A stretch of DNA of 64,000 nucleotides from contig CAZAOO010000004.1 in the NCBI GenBank assembly GCA_964486815.1, positions 75,371-139,370 of the forward strand, written 5' to 3'. A program made the position numbers and the translations under genes. This stretch comes from an uncultured Thiotrichales bacterium. Lineage in GTDB: Bacteria > Pseudomonadota > Gammaproteobacteria > UBA4575. The notes beneath the pieces are model-generated. The model did not search any database. It had not been told where the DNA came from and saw nothing but the letters and a program-made list of their open reading frames with translations. The first letter of the stretch is position 1; each line of letters begins with the position of its first letter. Positions 1 to 11,404 of this stretch are shown here, piece by piece.

Positions 1-805
<805 letters not shown>

Positions 806-827
806 TCAAAAGTCTATCTAATATTAT

Positions 828-1331
828 TTATCGCATAGACTCTATTTTTAAAATTTGTTTCCCTGTAGCAATTCCAAGCGCACCTGAACGCACAAGCTCA
901 AAAACTATTTCTGATGGTACTGCTTTAATAGCACGATCAAGCTTTTCACCCACACCGGTTATCTCAATGATAATTGCGTCATTCGAGTCACTTACAACCC
1001 GACCTTTATATTCGTTCGTTAACGTTTCAATAGCCGCTTTCGCAACTTCGTTATCATGTAATTTTAACAATAACACTTCACGCTCAATATGCTTATCAGC
1101 TGTTAAATCGAGCACTTTTACTACATCTACCAATTTGTTTAGTTGGTTTACTATTTGCGAAATAACCTCATCACTACCTTCTGTAATAACGGTAATTCGT
1201 GAAACAGTTGAATCATCAGTTGGTGCAACGGTTAGCGATTCAATATTATAACCACGCGCTGAAAACAAGCCTGAAACTCTGGATAGAGCACCTGCCTCAT
1301 TTTCTAATAGTATCGAAATAATATGTCGCAT
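828..1331 (-). CDS. ilvH: Acetolactate synthase small (regulatory) subunit
   Basis: 167-aa protein MRHIISILLENEAGALSRVSGLFSARGYNIESLTV... with the ACT-domain signature of IlvH/IlvN. It lies immediately upstream of ilvC on the same strand. Confidence 0.85.
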   Translation of the reverse strand: MRHIISILLENEAGALSRVSGLFSARGYNIESLTVAPTDDSTVSRITVITEGSDEVISQIVNQLNKLVDVVKVLDLTADKHIEREVLLLKLHDNEVAKAAIETLTNEYKGRVVSDSNDAIIIEITGVGEKLDRAIKAVPSEIVFELVRSGALGIATGKQILKIESMR

Positions 1332-1491
1332 TAAGCAATAACTGTTTTGTATTTTTTATTATCAATAAAAAATATGCTCCAGCTAGTCAGCTAGAGCATA
1401 TTGATTCTTTAGTTTCGAAGCGGGTAACTAAGATTGTTTAGTTATGGCTAGACCGCCGTAACTAACTTAACAAATATTTATAGTTATTTTA

Positions 1492-1722
1492 TTACTTCTT
1501 CTTTATATGGAAATAAAACTTCCCGTCATTCTCTTTAGAATCTAAAAGGTCATTTCCAGTTTGCTTTGCAAATGCCTCAAAATCTTTAACTGCGCCAGGG
1601 TCAGTAGCAATAATATGTAACACTTTGCCAGATTCCATACCAGACAGCGCTTTTTTGGCACGTAAAATTGGTAACGGGCAATTTAAGCCACATGCATCTA
1701 ACTCTTGATCAAACTCAGACAT
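1492..1722 (-). CDS. TusA/SirA-family sulfurtransferase-like small protein
   Basis: 76 aa with a CPxP motif (LDACGLNCPLPIL) typical of the TusA family. Confidence 0.7.
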   Translation of the reverse strand: MSEFDQELDACGLNCPLPILRAKKALSGMESGKVLHIIATDPGAVKDFEAFAKQTGNDLLDSKENDGKFYFHIKKK

Positions 1723-1938
1723 CTTTAAAACTCCTTAGAAATACGTTCACAATAGTAGCCTATGGGCGCTTCAGCCCAAAGCCACAAATCATATTATAAT
1801 ATCATTATATTTTAATATATGTTGTAAAGACAATAATACAACCATAACTTAGATATGGTTATATATATAAATCAGTATCTGATTGAATAAACGTTACAAT
1901 ATTGCAAACGAATTGGTCATGAACCAGTCTTAATATAT

Positions 1939-3420
1939 ATGCATAACCTACAAACATGGCTGTTGAAAGCATCTTTACATCGAAAAAACATTGGCTACGT
2001 TTTATTCAGCTTTATTTTTGTAGTTACATCGCAAATATCATTAGCTGATAATAATTTACCTGATATTAGTGGTCCTGCAAGTGCAGAGCTCAGCATCTCC
2101 AAAGAAATTGAATTAGGCCAAATACTTATTTCTCAAGTACGCGGCCATCTTCCAGTATCTAACGACCCGGAGCTAAGTCAATATATCCATTCCCTAGGAA
2201 CAAGAATTACCTCCGCAAGCATTGATTCTAACTTTCCATTTACTTTTATCTTGATAAACAACACAGATGTCAACGCATTTGCCTTGCCGGGAGGTATTGT
2301 GGCCATCAATACCGGCCTCTTAACATTGAGCGAAAAAGAGAGTGAAGTGGCTAGTGTATTTGCTCATGAAATTGCCCATGTAACACAACGCCATATTGCT
2401 CGTAATTTTGCTAATGCAAAGTCATTCAGTGTAATTTCTGCACTTACGCTTCTAGGATCAATTTTAGCTGCTGCATACGGAGGTGGTGAATTGGGGCAAG
2501 CCGCAATTATCACAACACAATCCGGTTTACAAGAACGGCAACTTGCTTACTCACGAAGTTTTGAGCAAGAAGCAGATCGTGTAGGGATGCAGTTTTTAGT
2601 CGATGCAAATATTGATCCGCAAGGCATGCCAGCATTTTTTGAGAGATTAAATAAACATACACAACTTAACCGCGGCAAGATCCCGGAGTTTCTTAGCTCA
2701 CACCCGCTAACTTCAAATCGAATAAGTGAATCAAAGTCTCGAGCAAACCAATATAGCGGCTCATTCACATCCAACACGATTCATTTTGATTATGCTAAAG
2801 CCCGCGCTATCGCAATTTCCACTAGCCCTAGTCAGTTAGTTGATTTTTATAGAAAAAAGAACACAACACCCGGAAATTTAAGCGATACAGAAACATATAT
2901 ATATGCACTTAGCTTAAGCCGCACAGGCAAAAATCAACAAGCTTTACAACAGCTAAAACTAATTTCATTACATGCTGATAATGAATTAACCATCAAATTA
3001 GCAAACGCACAAATACTAATTGCTGATGGACAATTCTCGCAAGCGGAAAAACTATTAGCAACTTTGGAACAAATATACCCAAGCAACCCATCCATAAAAT
3101 ATTATTTAGCGACTGCATTATCAGAGAATGGAAACCCTCAACTTGCTTTACAAAAACTTGATCAACTCGATAATTCCAACCCAAATAATCCTTTATTTGA
3201 TAAGTTGAAAGCCAAAGTTGCAAGCAAGGCAAACATACCATGGCGCAGTCACGAGTCATTAAGTGACTATTATGCTGCACATGGTCAATACGAGACAGCA
3301 ATGGAACAAATACAGTTGTCATTGCGAGCAAACGGTATCGATAGTAATTCCAAAGCAAGAATTGAAGCGAAAAAAGAGTTGTTACAAGAAGCTCGCAAGA
3401 GACGCGATAACTTCAAATAG
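1939..3420 (+). CDS. bepA: M48-family Zn metalloprotease with C-terminal TPR repeats (BepA/YfgC-like periplasmic protease)
   Basis: HEIAHVTQRH (HExxH) zinc motif, N-terminal hydrophobic signal-like segment, TPR-like C-terminal half. Confidence 0.7.
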   Translation: MHNLQTWLLKASLHRKNIGYVLFSFIFVVTSQISLADNNLPDISGPASAELSISKEIELGQILISQVRGHLPVSNDPELSQYIHSLGTRITSASIDSNFPFTFILINNTDVNAFALPGGIVAINTGLLTLSEKESEVASVFAHEIAHVTQRHIARNFANAKSFSVISALTLLGSILAAAYGGGELGQAAIITTQSGLQERQLAYSRSFEQEADRVGMQFLVDANIDPQGMPAFFERLNKHTQLNRGKIPEFLSSHPLTSNRISESKSRANQYSGSFTSNTIHFDYAKARAIAISTSPSQLVDFYRKKNTTPGNLSDTETYIYALSLSRTGKNQQALQQLKLISLHADNELTIKLANAQILIADGQFSQAEKLLATLEQIYPSNPSIKYYLATALSENGNPQLALQKLDQLDNSNPNNPLFDKLKAKVASKANIPWRSHESLSDYYAAHGQYETAMEQIQLSLRANGIDSNSKARIEAKKELLQEARKRRDNFK

Positions 3421-3428
3421 ATTTGTTT

Positions 3429-4067
3429 CTAGTAATACGCTCTAACTGATTGCAAACTATTTAGTAATTCATGATGTTGTTGTTGCAACTGAGCACCCAA
3501 TCTGGACATTTGGAGCGCAACATCATCCACTTCCCTTACTTCTTTTGAAGTTGCAGTAGTCGTCTTAACTTTACAGTGCAAGTACTGATATTTTTTTAAC
3601 AAATAATTGTTATATAAAATACCATCTAAAAATGCCTTTGATTCAGTATAAAAACTACGAATTGCAATCCGCTCTTCTTTATTAGGTAGCTTATTTATTT
3701 GCGATGTGTCACTCGCAAACTTGTTGTATATATCCTCTACACCACTCCAAAATATGAATAAGCCGTTCTCCGCTTTACTTTCAGCTAGTTTGGTAGATAT
3801 ATCATTTCGGTAGGAATTTAGAAATATTGATATATCCTGCTTATAATTTTCACGCAGTTCTTTAATTCGTTGTAGTTCTTCTCTGTTTCTTGCTCTATGA
3901 TTTTTTGCAATTAAAATGTTGCTACGCATTCTACGCACAACATTAAATCCCCACAGCACCAACAACAGGATCGCAATAGCTGCAATACCTAATTTTAAAT
4001 TCGAGATCGATAAAACTGAGTCTATTATTTGCATGACTCTTAAGCCTCCAACTCCAATGGAAGACAT
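3429..4067 (-). CDS. Hypothetical single-pass membrane protein with a coiled-coil cytoplasmic region
   Basis: Hydrophobic segment GIAAIAILLLVLWGF followed by a charged, heptad-like region. No recognisable catalytic motif. Confidence 0.35.
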   Translation of the reverse strand: MSSIGVGGLRVMQIIDSVLSISNLKLGIAAIAILLLVLWGFNVVRRMRSNILIAKNHRARNREELQRIKELRENYKQDISIFLNSYRNDISTKLAESKAENGLFIFWSGVEDIYNKFASDTSQINKLPNKEERIAIRSFYTESKAFLDGILYNNYLLKKYQYLHCKVKTTTATSKEVREVDDVALQMSRLGAQLQQQHHELLNSLQSVRAYY

Positions 4068-4200
4068 AGAAATAGCAGAGAAAACTAATTGATATTCACA
4101 AATAGAGCTAAGTGGTGTATTTAAGACGACAAACGGCCAGCTAATGATCAGGAAAATTTATAAGCCTCTGATTTTTAATAACTTAGCATTATAATTTTTC

Positions 4201-6138
4201 TTAAATATTTGCGCGATTGGCAATAATTTCGTCCACCACTGACGGATCAGCAAGTGTAGAAATATCGCCCAGATTATCAATATCATTCTCTGCAACTTTT
4301 CTTAATATACGTCGCATAATTTTCCCAGAACGGGTTTTTGGTAGGCCAGGCGCCCATTGAATAATATCCGGTTTTGCAAAGGGCCCAATTTCCTTGCGCA
4401 CCAGTTGTACTAACTCTGCTTTTAACGCTTCACTTGTTTCAACTCCAGACATAGGTGTTACATATGCGTAAATACCCTGACCTTTAATATCATGCGGGTA
4501 ACCCACTACTGCTGCCTCCGCAATTTTTGCATGCAACACTAAGGCACTTTCAACTTCTGCAGTGCCTAGACGATGGCCAGAAATATTTAGCACATCATCG
4601 ACACGACCCGTAATCCAATAATAACCATCGGCGTCACGTTTACATCCATCACCACAAAAATACATTCCAGGATATTGTGAAAAATAGGTTTCTATAAAAC
4701 GTTTATGATCCCCATACACAGAACGCATTTGACCTGGCCATGGAAATTTAATGACTAAGTTACCCTGGCACACACCTTCCAGCTCCTTACCATTTTCATC
4801 AACAATTGCCGGTTGAATTCCAAAGAAAGGCTTACTGGCAGAACCAGGTTTTAAATCAGTTGCACCCGGTAATGGCGTAATCATGTGGCCGCCAGTTTCA
4901 GTTTGCCACCAAGTATCAACAATCGGGCAACGGCCATCTCCGACAATATGGTAATACCACTCCCACGCTTCTGGATTGATAGGCTCCCCGACAGTACCTA
5001 ACAAACGCAGACTTTTACGACTGGTTTTCTTAACCGCATCATCACCTAAACTCATTAATGCACGTAGAGCTGTAGGCGCTGTATAAAAACTAGCAACATT
5101 GTGCTTATCACAAACTTGCCAAAAACGGCTGCCATCAGGGTAATTTGGAACACCTTCAAACATAACCGTGATCGCACCATTACACAGCGGCCCATAAAGA
5201 ATATAAGTATGCCCGGTTACCCAACCTACATCGGCTGTACACCAATAGACCTCTCCATCTTGATAATCAAATACGTATTTATGAGTTATAGCTGCATATA
5301 AGAGGTAACCCCCAGTAGTATGTAAAACCCCTTTTGGTTTTCCGGTTGATCCTGAGGTATACAAAATAAACATTGGATCTTCAGCATCCATATGCTCAGG
5401 CTCACATACATCTGTCACAGTTGAAATCTGTTCGTGATACCAACAATCACGTGAATCATTCCAACTTATATTGCCATCTGTACGCTTTACAACTAATACA
5501 GTGCTCACATTAGGACACTCTTCTAATGCTTTATCTGTATTGGCTTTTAATGGTACTGGCTTGCCACCACGAACACCTTCATCTGCTGTTATAACCGTTT
5601 GGCAATCTGAATCTAATATACGATCACGCAATGAGTCTGGTGAAAAACCACCAAACACAACTGAATGCACTGCACCTATGCGAGTACATGCCAGCATTGC
5701 AAAAGCTGCTTCAGGAATCATCGGCATGTAAATACATACACGATCACCTTTTTTAACGCCGCGAGATTTTAAAACGTTTGATAGTTTGCATACTTCTTGA
5801 TGCAATTCTCTGTAACTGAATTTTTTATCATCATTGGGTTTATCACCTTCCCAGATGATTGCAGTCTGATCTCCTCGTGTATCTAGATGTCGGTCAATGC
5901 AGTTATATGAAACATTTAATCTAGCACCTTCAAACCAACGAATATGTCCTTTGCTATAATCCCAATCTAGTACGTTGTCCCATTTCTTATACCAGGTAAC
6001 AAATTTATCTGCCTGCTCTGCCCAAAATACTTCGGGATTTTCAATTGAAGCCTGATACATTGATTCATATTTTGCCGCATCTATATGTGCAGTTGACGAA
6101 ACTGATGCTGGTACAGGATAAACTTTATCTGTTGACAT
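4201..6138 (-). CDS. acs: Acetyl-CoA synthetase (AMP-forming)
   Basis: 645 aa with a typical Acs N-terminus ([25 protein letters not shown]), an AMP-binding motif [11 protein letters not shown] and a conserved C-terminal lysine region. Confidence 0.95.
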   Translation of the reverse strand: MSTDKVYPVPASVSSTAHIDAAKYESMYQASIENPEVFWAEQADKFVTWYKKWDNVLDWDYSKGHIRWFEGARLNVSYNCIDRHLDTRGDQTAIIWEGDKPNDDKKFSYRELHQEVCKLSNVLKSRGVKKGDRVCIYMPMIPEAAFAMLACTRIGAVHSVVFGGFSPDSLRDRILDSDCQTVITADEGVRGGKPVPLKANTDKALEECPNVSTVLVVKRTDGNISWNDSRDCWYHEQISTVTDVCEPEHMDAEDPMFILYTSGSTGKPKGVLHTTGGYLLYAAITHKYVFDYQDGEVYWCTADVGWVTGHTYILYGPLCNGAITVMFEGVPNYPDGSRFWQVCDKHNVASFYTAPTALRALMSLGDDAVKKTSRKSLRLLGTVGEPINPEAWEWYYHIVGDGRCPIVDTWWQTETGGHMITPLPGATDLKPGSASKPFFGIQPAIVDENGKELEGVCQGNLVIKFPWPGQMRSVYGDHKRFIETYFSQYPGMYFCGDGCKRDADGYYWITGRVDDVLNISGHRLGTAEVESALVLHAKIAEAAVVGYPHDIKGQGIYAYVTPMSGVETSEALKAELVQLVRKEIGPFAKPDIIQWAPGLPKTRSGKIMRRILRKVAENDIDNLGDISTLADPSVVDEIIANRANI

Positions 6139-6180
6139 AGCATTTCTCCTTTAGACTTATTATTCTTTTAGTTAGATTAA

Positions 6181-8505
6181 TTATGCAGTTAATCGAAGAT
6201 ACAGCATAGGTAACTTTTCGGGCAAGTGTTCCAGTTTATCAATTACTGCTACATTTTTTCTGCCAAAAATTTTGTGTAAATAATTATCTCCACCTGCATC
6301 CAGACCCACACAAAAAGTATCTATACCTAAACGTGAAATAGACCGCACAACCTTTCGCGCATCTTCAACCAAGTATTGTTGATCCTCGACATCTATATCT
6401 GAAGGTTCACCATCAGAAATTACCAGCAACAACCTTCTATGGGTGCGTTGCGCCACTAAATCGCGTGTGGCATGCCTCATAGCTGCACCCATCCGGGTTG
6501 ATAATTTACCCTGTAAACCTGCCAAATAAGCACGTGCTGTGCTGTCATAGGGAGAATTGAAATCTTTTATACGATAATAATGCACATCTTCTTTGCCATC
6601 GGAACAAAATGCAGCAATAGCAAATGGGTCATTTAATTCAGACATTGCATAGGCAAGCAAACTAGTGGCCTGAATTTCAAGTTCTAATATTGATGCACCT
6701 GAAGCTTGAACTTTATCATTGGTTGAGTTAGAAATATCTAACAATACCATGACTGATAAATCACGATGTTTTCGTTCAGTAGTACTGTAAATTCTAGGAT
6801 CAGGTGTATCATCCATCCTGCGACTAATAACTGCATTAATACAAGCATCTAGATCTAAAGACTCACCTACACTTTGATGATGCAACCGTTCTGGCAAACT
6901 TACTTTAGCGGTTTGAATTAAATTTGTTATTCGATTAACAAGATTATTATGTTTTTCTAGAATTCTCTCAATTTTATATGCATTTCCAAAATCAGGAAAA
7001 TATTCCAACACACAGGCCCAGTTTGGTCGCTCAGACCCGGTTAAGTAATCATATTCTGGATAACGTACGGCAACTTCGGATTCTCTTTGTTCTGAATCTG
7101 TACTTTCTCGTGCATGATATTGTTGCTCATCTTCATCATTTTCCTTTTTATCTTGCTCACTAGAAGAATCATCTTCGACTTCTTCACGATCCATGTGCAT
7201 AGCTTCGATAAAGACTCCTTCATTATCTTCTTCCTGATCTTGTTGATCTCCAAAGTCCCACAAGCCCATATTATCGTCTCTATAAGCAGGTTCTACGACA
7301 TAAGTTTTAGCATTAAATTGTGCACGTAACTGACCTAAATCATTACCTAAAAGCACCCCGATCTTTCGGCACATAGCTGGATTCGTGATGTCATTTTGCG
7401 GATCAAAAAACATGTCACGGCCCTTTTGCACCCAACCATCTTTGTCTTTATATTGCTTATCGATAAGTGCACGTGCGAGTCGTGTTAATAACAGTGGCAC
7501 TAGTTTTGGTCCACTAGGTTTTGCAATATGAAATGGCTGCCAAAGTTTTTGCAAACCTGGAAAGGATTGCATCGCCAGATACTCAACACGAGCATCTTCA
7601 AGTAACGAAACCAAGGCTACTTGTATAGGTTTTAGCTCACCTAATGGAAATATCGTAGTTGAATGCACCAAGTGTGCGCCTACATGCGCAAGCCCTGCAC
7701 GAAAGATTTTCTCAGCTTGTTCACCATGAAAACCTGGAAACACTTCGGGAACCCTCACTACCCCATTACTAATTGAAATTCTCCTTAACGATAATGGTGA
7801 TGTAGACACTGGAAGATCTCGAATTGGTGGGCGTAAACTCCAAAGAGAAATCAAATAAAGCTTTAAACGACGATCAAGATCAGTGAAAACAACATCACCT
7901 GCTTCGTGTCTAAACCACTTTTCTGATTCAGGGTCAGTAAAATTAAAATAACTAATTTGACGTAAGGTATCATCTCCGGTTGAGCGCAACCCAGTTAGCA
8001 CCCAAGATTTAAATTGATCAGGCGTTAAGGTAGAAACAATCTTTTGTGTGCGTTCTAGAACCGCCAGCAAAGATTCGGGGGCGTTATAGATTATTTCTTC
8101 AATAGTCTTTAGCCAAAAAGTAAATGCCTGTATAGATTTTAATTCATGCGCCGCATGCACTGCAGATTTTGGCAACAATTCTGCTGCAGCTCGATTAACT
8201 TTAATTGCAGTTAACGAAACCGTTGGCGCTAAATTAATTGCTGCTTCAGGATTTAATAGTTTAACTAATTTTGGAGAATGGCGTGCATAAGAAAGAGGTA
8301 TTAAAGCACCATAACCAGCATGTGAAAGTTTATTGCAAGCAGCTTCCCAAAGCGGGAAATATTCATTTGGAAATTGATGTTTTGCTTCATTAATAAGAAA
8401 AGCTAGACGCGCATCGGGGTCTCCTGGTTCTTTTACAGGCTCTTGTCCTGGTTTTAAGGAATGCGAAGAAATTGCATACTTTCCTCGCGTCGTGGAGGCA
8501 GCCAA
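6181..8505 (-). CDS. cbbO: CbbO/NorD-type von Willebrand factor A (VWA) domain protein, partner of the adjacent MoxR-AAA+ ATPase
   Basis: 774 aa. A C-terminal VWA domain with MIDAS motif DISNS (VMVLLDISNSTND) and LLLVISDGEP. A central highly acidic low-complexity stretch. The length fits CbbO (~770 aa) better than NorD (~600 aa). It is translationally adjacent to the cbbQ-like gene. Confidence 0.75.
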   Translation of the reverse strand: MAASTTRGKYAISSHSLKPGQEPVKEPGDPDARLAFLINEAKHQFPNEYFPLWEAACNKLSHAGYGALIPLSYARHSPKLVKLLNPEAAINLAPTVSLTAIKVNRAAAELLPKSAVHAAHELKSIQAFTFWLKTIEEIIYNAPESLLAVLERTQKIVSTLTPDQFKSWVLTGLRSTGDDTLRQISYFNFTDPESEKWFRHEAGDVVFTDLDRRLKLYLISLWSLRPPIRDLPVSTSPLSLRRISISNGVVRVPEVFPGFHGEQAEKIFRAGLAHVGAHLVHSTTIFPLGELKPIQVALVSLLEDARVEYLAMQSFPGLQKLWQPFHIAKPSGPKLVPLLLTRLARALIDKQYKDKDGWVQKGRDMFFDPQNDITNPAMCRKIGVLLGNDLGQLRAQFNAKTYVVEPAYRDDNMGLWDFGDQQDQEEDNEGVFIEAMHMDREEVEDDSSSEQDKKENDEDEQQYHARESTDSEQRESEVAVRYPEYDYLTGSERPNWACVLEYFPDFGNAYKIERILEKHNNLVNRITNLIQTAKVSLPERLHHQSVGESLDLDACINAVISRRMDDTPDPRIYSTTERKHRDLSVMVLLDISNSTNDKVQASGASILELEIQATSLLAYAMSELNDPFAIAAFCSDGKEDVHYYRIKDFNSPYDSTARAYLAGLQGKLSTRMGAAMRHATRDLVAQRTHRRLLLVISDGEPSDIDVEDQQYLVEDARKVVRSISRLGIDTFCVGLDAGGDNYLHKIFGRKNVAVIDKLEHLPEKLPMLYLRLTA

Positions 8506-8514
8506 AGTATCACC

Positions 8515-9318
8515 TCACGCGCATGCTGCAATTGCCGAACTCAATGCATTACGAATATCGAGATCATCTGTAATCGGCAAAACTAACGCCACTTCGCAGG
8601 CTTCTTCTAAAGGAATCCCCTTGGATATAAGTTGCGCTGCGTAAATTAACATACGTGTGGATGCGCCCTCATCTAAACCATGGCCTTTTAAATTTCTAGA
8701 ACGTTCAGAAATTTTCACAAGTTTGGCAGCAGTTTTCATATCTATACCAGATTCATGTGTAATAATTTTCGCTTCGTCTTCAGCTTTAGGATAATCAAAA
8801 TCTATTGCTCCAAATCTTTGCTTAGTTGATTCTTTCAAATCTTTTAATACACTTTGATAACCAGGATTATAAGAAATTACTATTTGGAAATCTTTATTAG
8901 CTTTGATGACTTCATTTTTCTTCTCTAATGAAAGAATACGTCGATTATCTGTTAAGGAATGAATCACCACGCTGGTATCTTGCCTGGCTTCAACAATTTC
9001 ATCTAAGTAACAAATTGCACCATGGCGCACCGCTAAGGTTAATGGGCCATCATGCCAAACCGTACCATCAGCATCGAGTAAATAGCGCCCCACCAGATCC
9101 GAAGCGGTCATATCTTCATGACAAGAAACAGTAATCAGTGGTTTTTTAAGTTTCCATGCTATGTATTCCACAAAACGTGTTTTGCCACAGCCAGTGGGGC
9201 CTTTAAGCATCATCGGCATACGGTTTGCATATGCCGCCTCAAACAACTGAATTTCGTTATGAGTAGGAGAGTAGTAAGGCTCTTCCGTAATTAAATAATC
9301 ATCAAGATTCATACCCAT
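8515..9318 (-). CDS. cbbQ: CbbQ/NorQ/NirQ-type MoxR-family AAA+ ATPase
   Basis: 267 aa with Walker A GPTGCGKT and Walker [11 protein letters not shown]. Strong family signature strings are [35 protein letters not shown] and PITDDLDIR, typical of CbbQ/NorQ. The size is identical to CbbQ. Confidence 0.85.
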   Translation of the reverse strand: MGMNLDDYLITEEPYYSPTHNEIQLFEAAYANRMPMMLKGPTGCGKTRFVEYIAWKLKKPLITVSCHEDMTASDLVGRYLLDADGTVWHDGPLTLAVRHGAICYLDEIVEARQDTSVVIHSLTDNRRILSLEKKNEVIKANKDFQIVISYNPGYQSVLKDLKESTKQRFGAIDFDYPKAEDEAKIITHESGIDMKTAAKLVKISERSRNLKGHGLDEGASTRMLIYAAQLISKGIPLEEACEVALVLPITDDLDIRNALSSAIAACA

Positions 9319-9370
9319 GCACTCACTATGTACTCAAAAATTTCAGCGAATTTAAAATGCGCATTATTAT

Positions 9371-9418
9371 TAAGAAAAAGTAAAGTGAAGACACAAATAA
9401 GCCTTCACCTTACTTTTT
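9371..9418 (-). terminator. Intrinsic terminator hairpin between amiE and cbbQ; it reads as a terminator on either strand
   Basis: GTAAAGTGAAG...CTTCACCTTAC forms an 11-bp stem with 1 mismatch. It is flanked by an A-run on one side and a T-run on the other. Confidence 0.5.
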
Positions 9419-9436
9419 ACAAAACTATATGCAAAA

Positions 9437-10471
9437 CTATCTGTGGGTCTTAGGGTTTGGAATGCCTTCAATTTCACACTCTTCTGTGCCCACTGTGGTT
9501 CTGGTAATGGATTCCACCATTTCACGTGCAGCTTCAGGATCTGTAATCCATTTTTTGTAAAAATCAAACGGACATTCTGCAACACCTGTGTCACCTTCAC
9601 CTGAATTAATTTTTCCGGTGTAGCCACGATGCAAAAGTTTGAACAGATGGTTTTCGGATTGCTGATTCTTGCGTGCATCACGAATTAGTGAAACCGATAA
9701 ATTGGCATATTGAACACCCATATCTTCTTCACCACATTCACCTAATGTACGTCCATCAAATCCAACGATGGCCGAATGACCAAAGTAAGAATACACTCCA
9801 TCAAATCCAGTAGCATTTGCAACTGCGACATAGGTGTTATTCATCCATGCCATAGCTTTTGCAACCAGGACTTGTTGATCCTTTGATGGATACATATAGC
9901 CTTGGCAACGGACTATTAGCTCTGCACCTTTCATTGCACAATCACGCCAAATTTCAGGGTAATTGCCATCGTCACAAATTATCAAACTAATCTTTAAACC
10001 CTTAGGACCATCAGAGACATAAGTACAATTTCCTGGATACCAACCTTCAATCGGCACCCACGGCATGATTTTGCGATACTTCTGAACAATTTCGCCTTTA
10101 TCATTCATCAAAATTAGCGTGTTATAAGGCGCTTTATTAGGGTGATCTTCATGACGTTCTCCAGTTAAGGAAAACACACCCCAAACTTTTGCATTACGAC
10201 ACGCTTCCGCAAATATTTCAGTTTCATCGCCTGGAATGCTCGATGCAGTTTCATACATCTCGGTTTCGTCATACATAATTCCATGCGTACTGTATTCAGG
10301 GAAAATGACTAAATCCATTCCTGGTAATCCCACTTTCATGCCTTCGATCATATTCGCGATATTGCGAGCATTATCGAGCACTTCTGCTTTGGTATGCAGA
10401 CGTGGCATCTTGTAGTTGACAACTGCAACACCTACTGCATCTTTACTACTTGATATATCACCGTGATACAT
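9437..10471 (-). CDS. amiE: Aliphatic amidase (acylamide amidohydrolase), nitrilase superfamily
   Basis: 344 aa. It is near-collinear with the P. aeruginosa AmiE sequence recalled from memory ([97 protein letters not shown]). The catalytic Glu/Lys/Cys context is conserved. Confidence 0.9.
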   Translation of the reverse strand: MYHGDISSSKDAVGVAVVNYKMPRLHTKAEVLDNARNIANMIEGMKVGLPGMDLVIFPEYSTHGIMYDETEMYETASSIPGDETEIFAEACRNAKVWGVFSLTGERHEDHPNKAPYNTLILMNDKGEIVQKYRKIMPWVPIEGWYPGNCTYVSDGPKGLKISLIICDDGNYPEIWRDCAMKGAELIVRCQGYMYPSKDQQVLVAKAMAWMNNTYVAVANATGFDGVYSYFGHSAIVGFDGRTLGECGEEDMGVQYANLSVSLIRDARKNQQSENHLFKLLHRGYTGKINSGEGDTGVAECPFDFYKKWITDPEAAREMVESITRTTVGTEECEIEGIPNPKTHR

Positions 10472-10591
10472 AATTTATCCTCCTCGTCTATTCACACCAT
10501 ATTTAGGTTAGGTGTAAAAACGACATGTTTTTACGAGTATATTTTTAACCTCAAACTAGTTATGTTTTCGGTCAACATTTCTCACACGCAT

Positions 10592-10636
10592 AAAAAAAGC
10601 CCTCGCAGATATAGAATATCCGTGAGGGCTTTTTTG
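10592..10636 (-). terminator. Strong intrinsic terminator/attenuator in the amiE leader, candidate target of AmiR antitermination; bidirectional
   Basis: On the minus strand this reads GCCCUCACGGAUAU-UCU-AUAUCUGCGAGGGC followed by U7, a ~14-bp stem with one mismatch. It lies ~120 nt upstream of the amiE ATG and downstream of amiR. An A7 run on the opposite side makes it bidirectional. Confidence 0.55.
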
Positions 10637-10799
10637 CCCAATCTTCTCAATTACAGAAGCATTATTGGTTCTGTATAATTTTAACTAGCTAGAATGCTAT
10701 GTGTTAATTAACTTTTTAGACTAATTTATTGAACACGTCAAGGGTGATTTTAATCATAATGCTATTTATATTATTGCTTAAAACTTGTATTTACAGGTT

Positions 10800-11402
10800 T
10801 TATTTAAGATTAACTTCTAAGGTTTTATCAGCGTTTACAATCTCTTGAGCAATATCTTCTGTGGTTAAACGTCGTTGCATGGCCCTACTGCGAATAAATT
10901 CATACGCTTGTTCATGACTAATATCATTCGCCCTCTCGAGTATTGCAACTGCATGTTCGACCGCATGAATCTTTCTTAACTTAGTCTCAAGTTTTTCAAC
11001 TCTGGAAGTCAACACCAATTCTTTTCGCCAACGAGTTCTTGCAATTACTAAATTAGCCAATAATCCAAATGGACGCACCGGTGTATTGATAATTCCATGG
11101 GCACCTATGTCATACACGGTCTGTAAAACTGTTGGGTTTTCATAATCAACAATAGCAATTATGGTAGGGCTATTCCTCTCATCTTTTAGCCATGATGGTT
11201 TCTCAGTGAAGGGATGCTCATGTAAAGATTGCAAAAGAACAACATCAGTATCGTTATGAATATCATTTGGACATGGCCAAACCATTCGAACTTTACAACC
11301 AATCCGTTCAATATGCTGGCAGATATCGCCACCTTGTTGATCTTGAGGATGCACAACAAGCACCCGCAATTTACGCAAGTCTTTTAAAATCTCTAAAGCC
11401 AT
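10800..11402 (-). CDS. amiR: ANTAR-domain transcription antiterminator response regulator (AmiR-like)
   Basis: 200 aa with a pseudo-receiver N-terminal domain (LRKLRVLVVHPQDQ.., IERIGCKV) and a C-terminal ANTAR coiled-coil/helix region (KLETKLRKIHAVEHAVAIL...EQAYEFIRSRAMQRRL). It parallels P. aeruginosa AmiR. Confidence 0.85.
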   Translation of the reverse strand: MALEILKDLRKLRVLVVHPQDQQGGDICQHIERIGCKVRMVWPCPNDIHNDTDVVLLQSLHEHPFTEKPSWLKDERNSPTIIAIVDYENPTVLQTVYDIGAHGIINTPVRPFGLLANLVIARTRWRKELVLTSRVEKLETKLRKIHAVEHAVAILERANDISHEQAYEFIRSRAMQRRLTTEDIAQEIVNADKTLEVNLK

Positions 11403-11404
11403 CG

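Noticed and set aside
967-1251. 94-aa plus-strand ORF antisense to ilvH. Similar antisense or alternative-frame ORFs occur inside acs, cbbO, amiC, mgsC, mgdC, the kinase, dmfA2 and elsewhere (e.g. 5101-5301, 6978-7329, 11410-11734, 17480-17836, 21438-22626, 35579-36605).
   Set aside because: They are fully nested within well-supported genes on the opposite strand or in another frame. They have low-complexity composition, no motifs and no RBS. These are ORF-finder artefacts of AT-rich DNA.
1332-1939. Absence of ilvI (acetolactate synthase large subunit) upstream of ilvH, where a TusA-like gene sits instead.
   Set aside because: Gene order varies between lineages and ilvI may simply be encoded elsewhere. 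No sequence evidence of disruption is seen here.
9370-9681. 103-aa minus-strand ORF overlapping the 3' end of amiE and the amiE-cbbQ terminator.
   Set aside because: It is in a different frame from the strongly supported amiE C-terminus and spans an intrinsic terminator hairpin. It is not credible as a gene.
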